Shown here piece by piece: positions 1 through 9,797 of a stretch of 64,000 nucleotides of DNA. The notes under the pieces were generated by a model. It saw nothing but the letters and a program-made list of their open reading frames with translations. It was not told where the DNA came from and did no database searches. The stretch covers positions 4,191 through 68,190 of the forward strand of contig JAUWLF010000007.1 of assembly GCA_030613785.1 (NCBI GenBank), given 5' to 3'. Numbering within the stretch: position 1 is the first letter of the stretch; every line of letters starts with the position of its first letter. A program made the position numbers and the translations under genes. Source of the stretch: Chloroflexota bacterium (lineage in GTDB: Bacteria; Chloroflexota; Anaerolineae; UBA7937; B3-Chlor).

Positions 1-463
1 CGACGCTGAAATCGGATACTTTGACCTGTTGGTCGGTCGTCACCAAGATATCACGAGGAGTGAGGCCGCCGTGGATGTAGCCCGCCTGGTGAGCGGCACC
101 CAGGGCAGAACTCACCGGGATGGTGATGTCGAGGGCTCTTTCCGGGCCTAGGGGACCTTCCGATGCGACCAGCGACTCGAGGTTCTGTCCTTCGATGTAC
201 TCAGTCACAATGTAGTGGAGATCTCTGTCGGTGCCGATGTCGTAGATGGCAACGATGTTGGGATGGGACAGCGCAGCAATGGCCTGAGCAGCGCCTTTGA
301 AGCGATCCACGAACTCTTCCTCGAGGGCGTACTGCTCCCGCAGCACTTTTACCGCCACCATTCGGTTCAACGAGGTGTCGTGAGCTTTGTAGGTCACGGT
401 TCTCTCACCACGACCTATCTCAGCGAGATAGCGATAACGGCTTTTCAGCAGGATCTCGGTCAT
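1..463 (-). CDS. Hanks-type Ser/Thr protein kinase-like domain (PknB-like), probable pseudokinase; runs off the window
   Basis: Manual translation MTEILLKSRYRYLAEIGRGERTVTYKAHDTSLNRMVAVKVL...LSHPNIVAIYDIG...YIVTEYIEG...YIHGGLTPRDILV...VKVSDFSV; GGAGA SD upstream; absent from the ORF track because it is truncated. Confidence 0.85.
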   Translation of the reverse strand, partial: MTEILLKSRYRYLAEIGRGERTVTYKAHDTSLNRMVAVKVLREQYALEEEFVDRFKGAAQAIAALSHPNIVAIYDIGTDRDLHYIVTEYIEGQNLESLVASEGPLGPERALDITIPVSSALGAAHQAGYIHGGLTPRDILVTTDQQVKVSDFSV

Positions 464-504
464 GTCTCTCCGTCAATCGGGTGATGATCTCCTCTTTCAG
501 GCCC

Positions 505-533
505 ATTTTATCCTGTTGGTGGCCGTTTGTCAA
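505..533 (-). promoter_or_regulatory. sigma70-type promoter for the kinase-like gene
   Basis: TTGACA-17-TAAAAT on the minus strand. Confidence 0.7.
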
Positions 534-552
534 CGCCTCTTCGGTGCTGGGG

Positions 553-580
553 TTGTCAAAGGAACGAGATGGGCTATAAT
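553..580 (+). promoter_or_regulatory. sigma70-type promoter, divergent from the previous one
   Basis: TTGTCA-16-TATAAT. Confidence 0.6.
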
Positions 581-599
581 GTTGAGGGAAACATGTGTG

Positions 600-1187
600 A
601 TGGATGACAGGTTGGATCGCTCCGTGGCCAAGGTTGAGGAATACTTGACCAATACCGATGAGACTACCGCCAATCCGGTCCTCATCATGCTCACCGGACT
701 GCCTGGGACCGGCAAGTCTTGCCTGGCCCAGAGCTTGGTTGAGATCTTGCCTTTCGTCATCATCGAGAGCGACCAGGTACGCAAGCTACTCTTCTCCAAG
801 CCTCGGTACACGGCCGAGGAAAGCTACTGGGTGCACCGTACGTGCCACGCCTTGATGGCTAAGCTTCTGAGAAAGGGTGTGCGTGTCATATACGATGCCA
901 CCAATCTGCACGAGCGCCACCGGGAACTGGTGTATCGGCTGGCTGACAAGGAGGGAGCCAAGCTGCTAGTTGTCAAGACAGTGGCACCGGAGGGGGTGGC
1001 GTCGGAGCGGCTGAGGGGGCGACACGAGGAGAGCGAGGATGATCGCGATGTCTCAGACGCCGATTGGAGGGTCTACGAGCGCATGGCTCGGAGGGCTGAA
1101 CCCATTGGCCGCAACCATGTGGTTGTTGATACGAGTCAGGACTTGAAGCCAGCTGTCACGAAGCTGCTACGGGTGATCCGGGGATAG
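600..1187 (+). CDS. P-loop kinase / AAA_33-family ATPase
   Basis: GLPGTGKS Walker A, ESDQVRK, VIYDATN and SDADWRVY motifs; ATG at 600 lies downstream of the promoter. Confidence 0.8.
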   Translation: MDDRLDRSVAKVEEYLTNTDETTANPVLIMLTGLPGTGKSCLAQSLVEILPFVIIESDQVRKLLFSKPRYTAEESYWVHRTCHALMAKLLRKGVRVIYDATNLHERHRELVYRLADKEGAKLLVVKTVAPEGVASERLRGRHEESEDDRDVSDADWRVYERMARRAEPIGRNHVVVDTSQDLKPAVTKLLRVIRG

Positions 1188-1200
1188 GAAGGATCCTGGC

Positions 1201-2244
1201 GTGAAGTACGTCTCTGCTCTTCTGATCTTGGTTCCTATCAGCATCATTGCCGCTCTGCTCGGGGGGGATGAGCGGTTGGTGTTCTTCTCCTCCGCTCTGG
1301 GCATAGTGCCACTGGCCTGGATTCTGGGGAAGGCGACTGAGGAGTTGGCCGCTCATACCAGCTCTCGGGTGGGAGGGCTCCTCAACGCTACGTTGGGCAA
1401 CGCCGCCGAGCTGATCATCACAATCTTCGCTATCCGCGAGGGTTTGCTTGAGTTAGTTTTGGCTTCCATCACTGGATCCATTATAGGCAATATCCTATTA
1501 GTGCTGGGGCTGAGCCTGCTTCTGGGTGGGCTGCGCAACGGAGTACAACGTTTCAATCGGTCCGAAGCGGGGCTCAACGCTACGATGATGACCCTAGCCA
1601 TCATCGCTTTGCTCATCCCCTCTATCTTCGGCCACGCCATCGAGATCGAAGATCATGCGGCGGTCGAGTGGCTCAGTCTGGGCGTAGCGGTGGTGATGAT
1701 AGGGATCTACGTCCTGAGCCTCGTCTACTCCTTTTCCTCTGTCAGCAGCCAGGCGTCGGGTACGGGGCATGCGGTGACCACGTGGTCGGTGCGAAGGGCT
1801 GTGGTCACACTCGCGGCGGCTACCATCTTCGTGGCTTGGCTCAGCCAGATCCTGGTATCCGCCGTGGAGCCGGTAGTCGAGTTGTTGGGCATTACGGAGT
1901 TCTTCCTCGGGGTGATTATCATCCCCTTGGTGGGCAACGTGGCCGAGCACCTAGTGGCGGTGCAGACGGCCTGGAAGAACAACATGGACCTTAGTCTAGC
2001 GATCTGTTTTGGCTCCAGTATGCAGATTGCCCTTTTCGTGGCCCCGCTGCTGGTCTTCCTCAGCCTGGCGATGGGTCATCCCCTCACTTTCCTCTTCAAC
2101 CAGTTCGAGCTGCTAGCATTGGTGGCCGCTGTGGGCATCGCCGGACTCATATCTCTGGATGGGGAATCTAACTGGCTGGAGGGTGCACAACTCTTGACGG
2201 TTTACCTCATCGTTGCTCTTGCGTTTTTCTTCCTGCCGACGTGA
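1201..2244 (+). CDS. cax: Ca2+/H+ antiporter (CaCA/CAX family)
   Basis: GNAAE and GNVAEH alpha-repeat motifs, GSSMQIALF, DGESNWLEG; many TM segments. Confidence 0.92.
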   Translation: MKYVSALLILVPISIIAALLGGDERLVFFSSALGIVPLAWILGKATEELAAHTSSRVGGLLNATLGNAAELIITIFAIREGLLELVLASITGSIIGNILLVLGLSLLLGGLRNGVQRFNRSEAGLNATMMTLAIIALLIPSIFGHAIEIEDHAAVEWLSLGVAVVMIGIYVLSLVYSFSSVSSQASGTGHAVTTWSVRRAVVTLAAATIFVAWLSQILVSAVEPVVELLGITEFFLGVIIIPLVGNVAEHLVAVQTAWKNNMDLSLAICFGSSMQIALFVAPLLVFLSLAMGHPLTFLFNQFELLALVAAVGIAGLISLDGESNWLEGAQLLTVYLIVALAFFFLPT

Positions 2245-2331
2245 GCGAGAGGCCCACACCTAGAGCGGTCTCGCAGTTGTGGGTCTCTGGTGGCAAGTGA
2301 GATCCTGGGCGACCGGCGCGAGTCACGCCTG

Positions 2332-3471
2332 TCAGCGCGTACCAAGGGTCACGTTGAGCGTAACCTCCTCTTGCTCTCTAACGACGGTTATTCGGACACT
2401 TTCTCCCGGATCGAAGCGCATCAAGATTGTGACCAAGTTGTTATCCTCGTCAATAGCCTGATCGTTGATGGCGGTGATGATATCGCCTCGACGCAGACCC
2501 GCTGTATCGGCTGGACTACCGGGCTGCACGTCTTGCACGTAGGCTCCAAACTGCACCGGCAAGTTGTATGCGGACGCCACTCGAGGCGTGATGGGCACCC
2601 ATTCCACCCCGAGATAGGGCCTCCGCACATGTCCGTATTCGATGAGCTGTTGAGTTACTTCCTCAATGACATTGCTGGGGAGAGCAAAGCCCAGTCCCTC
2701 CGCCACCGGGCCACCCATCCCGCTACCTCGCACAATGGCGCTGTTGATGCCTATTACGTGGCCCAGCGCATTGACCAAAGGCCCGCCGCTGTTACCCTGA
2801 TTGATGGCCGCATCGGTCTTGATCAGTCCCTCCATGGTCAGCCCTCCTCCTAGCTCGAGACGGCGGTCCAACGCACTCACCACACCCACTGCGACAGTGC
2901 CCTTGAAGTCGCCCAGCGGACTACCTATGGCGATGACAGCTTCCCCTGGCTGCAAGGCTGCCGAGTCGCCCAGCGCCGCTGTCGCCGGAACGCTTCCTTC
3001 CACGCGTATGACTGCCAGGTCGGAGAAGGCATCAGCACCGATGAGAGTTGCGGGGACCTTGGTGTCGTCGGCGAAGATCACCTCGAGACTGCGGTTGTTC
3101 TCCACCACGTGGTTGTTGGTGACTATGTATCCCTTCTCGTCGATGATCACGCCCAACCCAGAGGCTTGAGGCTCAAGGATCTGCCCAAAGAATCCTCTCT
3201 GGGGAGGCAGAGTGTTGATCACCGTCACGCCACCGGGCTTCACTTTCGCGACCGCGGAGATGATCGCTGACTGCTCAGTCAGAGTCAGGTATGTAGGTGC
3301 GGGAGCCGCTCCGACGTCAGGAACACCCGAAAGAGCTGGCACTCGGTAACTCGCGACGATGTAGCCTGCCAGTCCGCCCACCACCGCGCTGCCAGCCGTG
3401 CCGAACAGAAGGGCTATTATCATCGCGACGATGATGAGCGCAGGCCTCAACCCATTGCTTTTGTTGTTCAT
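2332..3471 (-). CDS. htrA: HtrA/DegP-family trypsin-like serine protease with one PDZ domain and N-terminal TM anchor
   Basis: Triad motifs TNNHVV, SDLAVI, GNSGGPL; C-terminal PDZ. Confidence 0.92.
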   Translation of the reverse strand: MNNKSNGLRPALIIVAMIIALLFGTAGSAVVGGLAGYIVASYRVPALSGVPDVGAAPAPTYLTLTEQSAIISAVAKVKPGGVTVINTLPPQRGFFGQILEPQASGLGVIIDEKGYIVTNNHVVENNRSLEVIFADDTKVPATLIGADAFSDLAVIRVEGSVPATAALGDSAALQPGEAVIAIGSPLGDFKGTVAVGVVSALDRRLELGGGLTMEGLIKTDAAINQGNSGGPLVNALGHVIGINSAIVRGSGMGGPVAEGLGFALPSNVIEEVTQQLIEYGHVRRPYLGVEWVPITPRVASAYNLPVQFGAYVQDVQPGSPADTAGLRRGDIITAINDQAIDEDNNLVTILMRFDPGESVRITVVREQEEVTLNVTLGTR

Positions 3472-3542
3472 GATTCGCCTCGTCAGACTTGACTTTATCC
3501 TTCTTGGCGGCGCACAAGATAGCCAGTGCACGTCTGCCGAGG

Positions 3543-4124
3543 TCAATTCCAGGGGCTTCCTGTGTGCGGCACGATTCGTATTCCAGCTCCTACGTTCCGG
3601 TAGAATACGCCTAGATAGGCGACCGCGTGGCCTTCGTCGTCTCTATTCCTGCCCAATGTGACGTCGATCTCGAATACCTCAATCTCCTCTCCGGGCCGCA
3701 CCACCGTCAAGACTATTTCGTCTCCGGGGTCACGCTCACGTATCAATTCTGACAACCCTTGACGTTGGTCAAACGCCCTATTGTCGAGAGCGATGATGAC
3801 ATCTCCCTTCTCGACACCCGCCTCATCTGCAGGCCCACTCGGCACCACCTCGGTGACGAGGGCTCCACGCAATTGTGCGGAAAGAGGTCCGGGTATCTGC
3901 TCAGGCGCCCACTCCCAGGGGGCAGGGACCTGTGGCCATTCTCCCTCCCAGTGCTCTTGCGGAGGCGCAAGTTCCTCCCACAGCCTTGGGACGGTGGCAC
4001 GAGCGGCCTGACGACCGCCCAGGTAGCCGGCGATGCCGCCGGCCATGCCTCCAGCCAGAACGGCCAGGAAACTTGCTGCCAGCACCGCCAATGCTATTCC
4101 CAGTGCAACTAGAGGTTTCTTCAT
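3543..4124 (-). CDS. Membrane-anchored PDZ-domain protein without protease domain
   Basis: Hydrophobic N-terminus with GGMAGGIAG; PDZ motif GALVTEVVPSGPADEAGVEKGDVII; AYLGV. Confidence 0.8.
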   Translation of the reverse strand: MKKPLVALGIALAVLAASFLAVLAGGMAGGIAGYLGGRQAARATVPRLWEELAPPQEHWEGEWPQVPAPWEWAPEQIPGPLSAQLRGALVTEVVPSGPADEAGVEKGDVIIALDNRAFDQRQGLSELIRERDPGDEIVLTVVRPGEEIEVFEIDVTLGRNRDDEGHAVAYLGVFYRNVGAGIRIVPHTGSPWN

Positions 4125-4417
4125 TCTGTTGGTGACTCCTTTCCATGTGTATTATGCCCCAAAGCATGAGGGAGAGATCGAGGCTGCTTTGGATCTGGAT
4201 CGTTGAGTCCTTCGCGAAAGCCGGGAGATCGGGGCATTGTACGTGTCAGTGCGAGTGATGATGCCCAGCACATGCCCTGAGACATCGCTAGCAGAGATGC
4301 CTCGCAGCCTGGATTGCTGGGCGAAACGCCCTGGGTCACTCTTTCAAGGATCCTGTGCGTGGATCAGCACGCATGTCACGGGCTTTGGATGGTACACGCC
4401 TTTCAGGCGGATGAGCC

Positions 4418-4780
4418 TCATGGTTCCTCCGGGTGCCGTTTCTCCAACCCCAGCACGCGGGTCACGGGAACGACAAAGAGGAGACCGGTGTCCCGGTGAC
4501 TGAAGTCGCCGATGATGCCCTCGGTGGCCGAGATGACGCGTTGCAACGTTCCTTCGTCCTCGATGACGGCGAAAAGGGTACGGTGGTGCAACTCTCGTCT
4601 GGCCAAGAGGTTGTCCAGCGAGGGCAACAGGGGCAGGTCATCCCGCACGACGCCGCGCAGGCGCTGTAGCCCAGTGCTCTCAAGGATAGTCGCGCCCGGC
4701 ACGCCGGACTCTTCCCAGGCCTCCAGGACGTCGGGGCAGTGCTCCAAGTTGTCCAATACAAGAACCAATAAGTGCGCCAT
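4418..4780 (-). CDS. PII-like signalling protein
   Basis: GVPGATILESTG and DTGLLFVVPV PII-superfamily motifs; directly downstream of an antiporter. Confidence 0.75.
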   Translation of the reverse strand: MAHLLVLVLDNLEHCPDVLEAWEESGVPGATILESTGLQRLRGVVRDDLPLLPSLDNLLARRELHHRTLFAVIEDEGTLQRVISATEGIIGDFSHRDTGLLFVVPVTRVLGLEKRHPEEP

Positions 4781-4845
4781 GATCGCTCTCCTTCTGTTCT
4801 TTTGTAGCGGGAACAGGGCCCGGCCTGTTCTCGCACGTGTCAGCG

Positions 4846-6063
4846 TTAGGCCGGACCGGGCTCTTGCTGCTCGGGTCGGGCCGCGGGCTTCGCGTAGAGT
4901 GCCCGTAGCAGCACGGGGGTTAGGAGTGTAGTAGTGAGGACCATGAGCAGCACAGTAGCGAAGACCCTGTCCCCAATCAGCCCGGCGCTCAGCCCTATGG
5001 AGGCCACAATGAGTCCCACCTCGCCGCGCGAGGTCATGCCTATCCCCACCGCCAGGCTCTCTCTATTGGACAAGCCCCCCAAACGCGCGCCAATCCCAGC
5101 GCCGACCACTTTGGACAGCACAGCGATGATAATGATGATTATGGCGAAGGGCAGGTCCTTGAGGCCCAACGCTCGGACATTAGTCTGCAGCCCAATACTC
5201 ACAAAAAAGACCGGCACCAGCCAGCTGTAGGCCAGGGTGTGCATCCCTGTCTCAATATGTTGCCGAAACGAGGTGCGCGCAAACAGCAGCCCCGCCAGAA
5301 AGGCCCCGGTGATGGCAGCCACGCCGCCCAGGGCTTCAGCCGCCCAGGCGTAAAGGAGAGTGACTACGATCGCCAGTGCCATGACGCCCTCGCTGATAGG
5401 CAGCCGGCTTATCAAGGAAGTCAAATGGGGAATGAAACGTCCACCCAGCCAGACGGCCAACCCGAAGAAGGCTGCCATCCTCGCTACCACCAAGAGCACT
5501 GCGAAGGCTCCGCCACCTCCTCGTACCAGCGCGACGAAGAGGGAGAGAAGCAGGATCACTAACACGTCGTCCACCACGGCCCCGCCGAGGAGGGTCACCC
5601 CGACTCGACTGCGCAGCACCCCTAAATCCATCAGGGTCTGGGCCGAGATGCTGACGCTGGTAGCGGCGAGCACGAGGCCGATGAGCAGGCTCTGTTGCAG
5701 TCCAAAGCTGAATGGGAGCGTTGCAGCAAACCCAAGGGCTACCGGGGCCACCACGCCCATTACGCCAGCCAGCGCTGCGGGCCGCCCCGCACGCACCATT
5801 GCTTCCAGATCCACCTCCAGCCCAACGATGAACATCAAGAGCAGAACGCCCATGTGGGCCAAGTGGCTGAGTATGTGCCCCAGAAGCTGATCGCTGAAGA
5901 CAGGCCAATGCAGCATGTTCAGCACAGTGGGACCGAGGATCAGCCCGGCCAGCAACTCTCCCAGGACAGCGGGTTGTCCTAACCGGGTGCTGAGATATCC
6001 AGAGGTTTTGGCAGCCATGACAACGATGGCAAGGGCAAGCAAGAATTGTAAGAATGGGTCCAT
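4846..6063 (-). CDS. Cation:proton antiporter (CPA2/Kef/NapA-like)
   Basis: GELLAGLILGP, GLEVD, ATSVSI, AVVDD and SRGEVGLI motifs. Confidence 0.9.
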   Translation of the reverse strand: MDPFLQFLLALAIVVMAAKTSGYLSTRLGQPAVLGELLAGLILGPTVLNMLHWPVFSDQLLGHILSHLAHMGVLLLMFIVGLEVDLEAMVRAGRPAALAGVMGVVAPVALGFAATLPFSFGLQQSLLIGLVLAATSVSISAQTLMDLGVLRSRVGVTLLGGAVVDDVLVILLLSLFVALVRGGGGAFAVLLVVARMAAFFGLAVWLGGRFIPHLTSLISRLPISEGVMALAIVVTLLYAWAAEALGGVAAITGAFLAGLLFARTSFRQHIETGMHTLAYSWLVPVFFVSIGLQTNVRALGLKDLPFAIIIIIIAVLSKVVGAGIGARLGGLSNRESLAVGIGMTSRGEVGLIVASIGLSAGLIGDRVFATVLLMVLTTTLLTPVLLRALYAKPAARPEQQEPGPA

Positions 6064-6077
6064 GGACTCTCCCTCCC

Positions 6078-6521
6078 CTAGGGTTGCTGCTTCCGGGCTC
6101 GCACCAACAGCACTGGCATGCGCGCTCCACGCACGACGCGATCGGCCACGCTGCCCATCAGCCAACGGCTGAGGCCTGAGGCACCACGCGAGGAGATCAC
6201 GATGAGATCTATCTGATTCGATTCGGCGAACCGTATGATCTCAAGGTGGGAACGCCCCTCGACGGTCACCGCGCGCACGGAGACACCCTGTTCTTCAACG
6301 CGTGCAGCGATCGACTCCAGATACTCTTGAACTAGACGACGTGTTCGTTCCTCTGTCCGTTCGATGGCCACAGGCGACAGACCACTAGGGAGCCGTAATG
6401 GCTCAAGGACTCTGAGGAGCACCAGTTCGCCCTCAAAGCGCTCAGCGTGGGCGATGGCGTGGGGCAGTGCCTGTTCGGCCAGGGGCGAGCCGTCAAGGGC
6501 TAGCAGAATGCGGTCGTACAT
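6078..6521 (-). CDS. Universal stress protein (UspA family)
   Basis: ILLALDGS...SRGASGLSRWLMGSVADRVVR...PVLLV; AGGAGG SD. Confidence 0.92.
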   Translation of the reverse strand: MYDRILLALDGSPLAEQALPHAIAHAERFEGELVLLRVLEPLRLPSGLSPVAIERTEERTRRLVQEYLESIAARVEEQGVSVRAVTVEGRSHLEIIRFAESNQIDLIVISSRGASGLSRWLMGSVADRVVRGARMPVLLVRARKQQP

Positions 6522-6707
6522 GGTGTCAACCTCCTTTGAACGTCTTCTGCACCAAGTCCGTGGGCGAATGGTCCGCCGCATCGCGCCCAGCCACAGCCGG
6601 CCAGGCCTTCGGTGCGGGCCTGAAGATGAGGGCTCGCGGGAACACCGGAAGGATAAGCCCTCGGATCAGTTGGACTCGGGACGCTACATCGGACAGCCCG
6701 ACGATGA

Positions 6708-6857
6708 TTAGGACAACCGGGTGAGGGCGGGATGAGCAGCTCGAGGGCTGCCCAGGTGGCCCATGATGCTGCCGGCCATGCCTCCAGCCATGACGGCCAG
6801 GAAACATGCTGCCAGCACCCCTAATGCTATTTCCAATCCGATAAGTGGTTTCTTCAG
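6708..6857 (-). pseudogene. Degenerate duplicate of the 5' end of the PDZ protein gene (3543..4124)
   Basis: LKKPLIGLEIALGVLAACFLAVMAGGMAGSIMGHLG* aligns with MKKPLVALGIALAVLAASFLAVLAGGMAGGIAGYLG; ATG replaced by CTG; early stop. Confidence 0.8.
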
Positions 6858-7139
6858 CCGATTTTCCCCATCCAAACCGCAGTCACCGATCTCTAAACAC
6901 AATTATACCATAGAAGGGTCCATCTGGGACTTAGACAACGACATTGCTCCAAGATCATACTTTCAAACGATGGGTACCGCGATTCAGAGCGCCGACTCCC
7001 ACGAACTCAGTGCTGCTCGATATCCTGTGGCTGCCAGCATGGCTATCAAGTATATGAGAAGTAGGAGGGAGACGATGGCAAGATGTGAGCTTGGTGATGC
7101 CACCGTGGTGTCACACCGCGTTCGTGAGAGGGGCCCGAC

Positions 7140-8198
7140 TCATAGCAGCGATCTGCGGCGAAGATCCCACATAGCCAGCAGTCCTACGCCAATGGGCAGC
7201 CAGAAGGCGATGAAGCGAAACAGCAGTGTGGCCACCACGACGATACTCGTGGGCACCCCCAGACTCACGTAGATAGCACTTAGTGAGATTTCCGTCACGC
7301 CTATGCCCTCGGGCATGAGCAGCAGGCTGACGACATAGTTGGTGATCACGTACCCCACGACCAAGACATCCAGTCTGATGGGGAACCCCAGGGCACGAAA
7401 GACAAAGTATAGACATACGATGTCGGAGAAGAGGGTCATCACGCCGTACAGAAATGCCTTTGCGGTCTCCAGCGGTTCATTTCGAGCTACGCCCACGGCT
7501 TCGTAGAGGTTCTTGACAGTGCGCAATAACTCCTTGGGATCGTATGCACTTCGCCCGGCGAACTTGCTGATGGGTGCGTCCACGAGTTTGACGAGCCCGG
7601 CCAGGAACCGCTTCAGTTGGCGGGGGTGTCTGTATAAGGCGACGGCAAGAGCCATTAAGGCCAGCATCACGCTCAGCATCGCCGTGCCGACCAGCAACTG
7701 GGTCATTCCCAGGAGTTCACGACTGAGCATGTACAGCAGGCCCATGATGAAGGTGCTCAGGAGGATGACTCCGGTCATCAGGTTCTGGAGGGTAAGGACG
7801 ATAGCCAGGCTGCCAAAGGAGAGGCCATGCTTGTCGAAGAAGCGGTACCGCACATAGATACCAGCCGCCCCTCCCGCGGAGACGATGCGGTTTGCTGAGC
7901 CTGCAGCAAACATGAGTTCTACGAAGGGCCATAGCCCGATGCGGTGTCCGAGGAACTGGAGCAACTTCTGGGTATATAGAGCCACGGCAAGGTAGCGCAG
8001 GGATTCGGCTATGAGGGCGAGAATGACGAATTCGGTTCTTGCTGCGCCTATCAGCGCCAGTGCCTCGCGCTCCCCGGCCAGCTTCGTCAGGAGCAAGGCG
8101 ACCCCCACTCCGACGAGGACCATCAGCAGGAGCTTCTTGTAGTCAATCCTTAGCGGTGCCTCCAACTCCTCGCGAGCTCTAGCGGTTCCGCGCACCAC
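7140..8198 (-). CDS. Lysylphosphatidylglycerol-synthase TM / flippase-like membrane protein (UPF0104)
   Basis: Multi-TM; SAGGAAG, MPEGIGVTE and LLFRFIAFWLP motifs. Confidence 0.8.
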   Translation of the reverse strand: MVRGTARAREELEAPLRIDYKKLLLMVLVGVGVALLLTKLAGEREALALIGAARTEFVILALIAESLRYLAVALYTQKLLQFLGHRIGLWPFVELMFAAGSANRIVSAGGAAGIYVRYRFFDKHGLSFGSLAIVLTLQNLMTGVILLSTFIMGLLYMLSRELLGMTQLLVGTAMLSVMLALMALAVALYRHPRQLKRFLAGLVKLVDAPISKFAGRSAYDPKELLRTVKNLYEAVGVARNEPLETAKAFLYGVMTLFSDIVCLYFVFRALGFPIRLDVLVVGYVITNYVVSLLLMPEGIGVTEISLSAIYVSLGVPTSIVVVATLLFRFIAFWLPIGVGLLAMWDLRRRSLL

Positions 8199-8207
8199 AC
8201 ACTCCTT

Positions 8208-9128
8208 CTATAGCCAGCCTTCTCGTTTGAAGTAGGCCAACATCCCAACCACAATGGCGACCATGACGCCGATGATGATGACGAAGGACAGGGGATGACT
8301 GGCCAGCGGGAGTCGGCCAAGATTCATGCCATAGATGCCCGAGATCACCGATAGAGGCAGCATGATCACAGAGAAGATGGTCAGGATCTTCATTACCTCG
8401 TTGATGCGGTGGGATGTGAGCGACTCCAGGGTCTCGTTGAGTCCCTCGACAACGTCCCACAGATCCTCCAGACGCTCCCATATCTGCAGGATGTGGTCGG
8501 AGACGTCTCCCCAGTAGACGTCTAGATCCCCCTTGAGGAAGTCCCAGTCTTTGCGCTCCAGACTGGCTACAACCCTCATTTGGGGTTTGATCGTTCGCCG
8601 GAAGTTGATCAGGTTTCGTCGCACGATGGAGATATCCTTGACGATTTCCTTGGCGTTGGCATCGAAGATCCTCTCGTCGATACGTTTGATGTTCTGATTC
8701 TCCTTGTCCAGAATGGGAAAACAGTAGTCAACCAGGTCATCAATGAGCATGTAGAGCAGGTAGTACGAACCCCGGGCCATGAACTGACGTTTGATACCCT
8801 CGTCTTTCTGGCTGTTGTCGAAGTCTTCGATCAGGGGTCTCAGCGTGCCGTCGCTGACAGTAACCAAAAAGCCACGACCAACGAAGATGTCCACCTCGCC
8901 TCGCCCAAGCCTCCTGGTTGCTTTGTCGAAGACCGGAAAGTGCATGACCACGAAGAGATAATTCTCATACTCATCGATCTTGGGCCTCTCGGTCTTGCTG
9001 AGACAGTCCTCCAGGTCGAGGGGGTGGAAGAACGGATAGTGCTCGCGAAGGTGTTCGATATCCTCGGGCGTGGCCTCCCGTATGTCGGTCCACGTGATGT
9101 CGTTGTGGGACAGAGTCTGGGTGCTCAT
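8208..9128 (-). CDS. corA: Magnesium transporter CorA
   Basis: FHPLDLEDCL, ERPKID, GIYGMN signature, two C-terminal TMs. Confidence 0.93.
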   Translation of the reverse strand: MSTQTLSHNDITWTDIREATPEDIEHLREHYPFFHPLDLEDCLSKTERPKIDEYENYLFVVMHFPVFDKATRRLGRGEVDIFVGRGFLVTVSDGTLRPLIEDFDNSQKDEGIKRQFMARGSYYLLYMLIDDLVDYCFPILDKENQNIKRIDERIFDANAKEIVKDISIVRRNLINFRRTIKPQMRVVASLERKDWDFLKGDLDVYWGDVSDHILQIWERLEDLWDVVEGLNETLESLTSHRINEVMKILTIFSVIMLPLSVISGIYGMNLGRLPLASHPLSFVIIIGVMVAIVVGMLAYFKREGWL

Positions 9129-9198
9129 TCTCACTTCCTCTCCGGCGGCAGCGGCAAGTTGCCGAAATGCCTGCTTCGATGGGAAATGGCCGCTGTCC

Positions 9199-9227
9199 AT
9201 TATACTTCCTCGATTTGTGAGTGGCAA
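9199..9227 (-). promoter_or_regulatory. sigma70-type promoter for corA
   Basis: TTGCCA-17-TATAAT on the minus strand. Confidence 0.7.
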
Positions 9228-9762
9228 GCAGTTTGCTGCTACACGGTGTTCCCCGGCCTGACGCGACGGCAGCACTTGGACCCTGTCACGTAGCGTCCGA
9301 GCGTGTTCAGAGCCCTCTTGGTCCCCGTTGGTGATTCGGAGGATAGGGGTGTGCGGAGGGGGGACGCCTGGGACATGATGCCGTGAGCCACAAATGGGAT
9401 GTATCTGGCGAGCCTGCGGGGTCTGGGGGCCCGTTGAGTGGCACGGGGGTTCACAGGTGCGCTGAGTTCTGCCAGTGCCAGCAGCACTCAGGCAGTCTAT
9501 CGTGCTGCTGAATCTGCAATCTGGCCCAGCCTGGAAACTTGTTTCCCCACACCTCTTGGGGTGACGGCGTATTGGAGAGTGCTAGCTGGATTGAGGAAGC
9601 GTGCGGGGAGCATCATGGCGCCAGCAAACGGCGATGAGCTTTTCACCCGGTCCGATGAACAGGTCGGGCGTGCGCTGAACAGCGATGTTCGCGTGGCGAC
9701 ACGGTTACGGGGTTCACGTGGCCTCGTGGCAGGGATGTCACATCCTCGGGGGCTCCCGCTAC

Positions 9763-9791
9763 TTGACTAATGTGAAACTACCTTTTATAAT
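9763..9791 (+). promoter_or_regulatory. sigma70-type promoter of the catabolic island
   Basis: TTGACT-17-TATAAT. Confidence 0.75.
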
Positions 9792-9797
9792 TGCAAA

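Noticed and set aside
9240-9760. Short ORFs or a mobile-element remnant at the island's left edge
   Set aside because: No recognisable protein motif, terminal repeat, tRNA or integrase; left unannotated.
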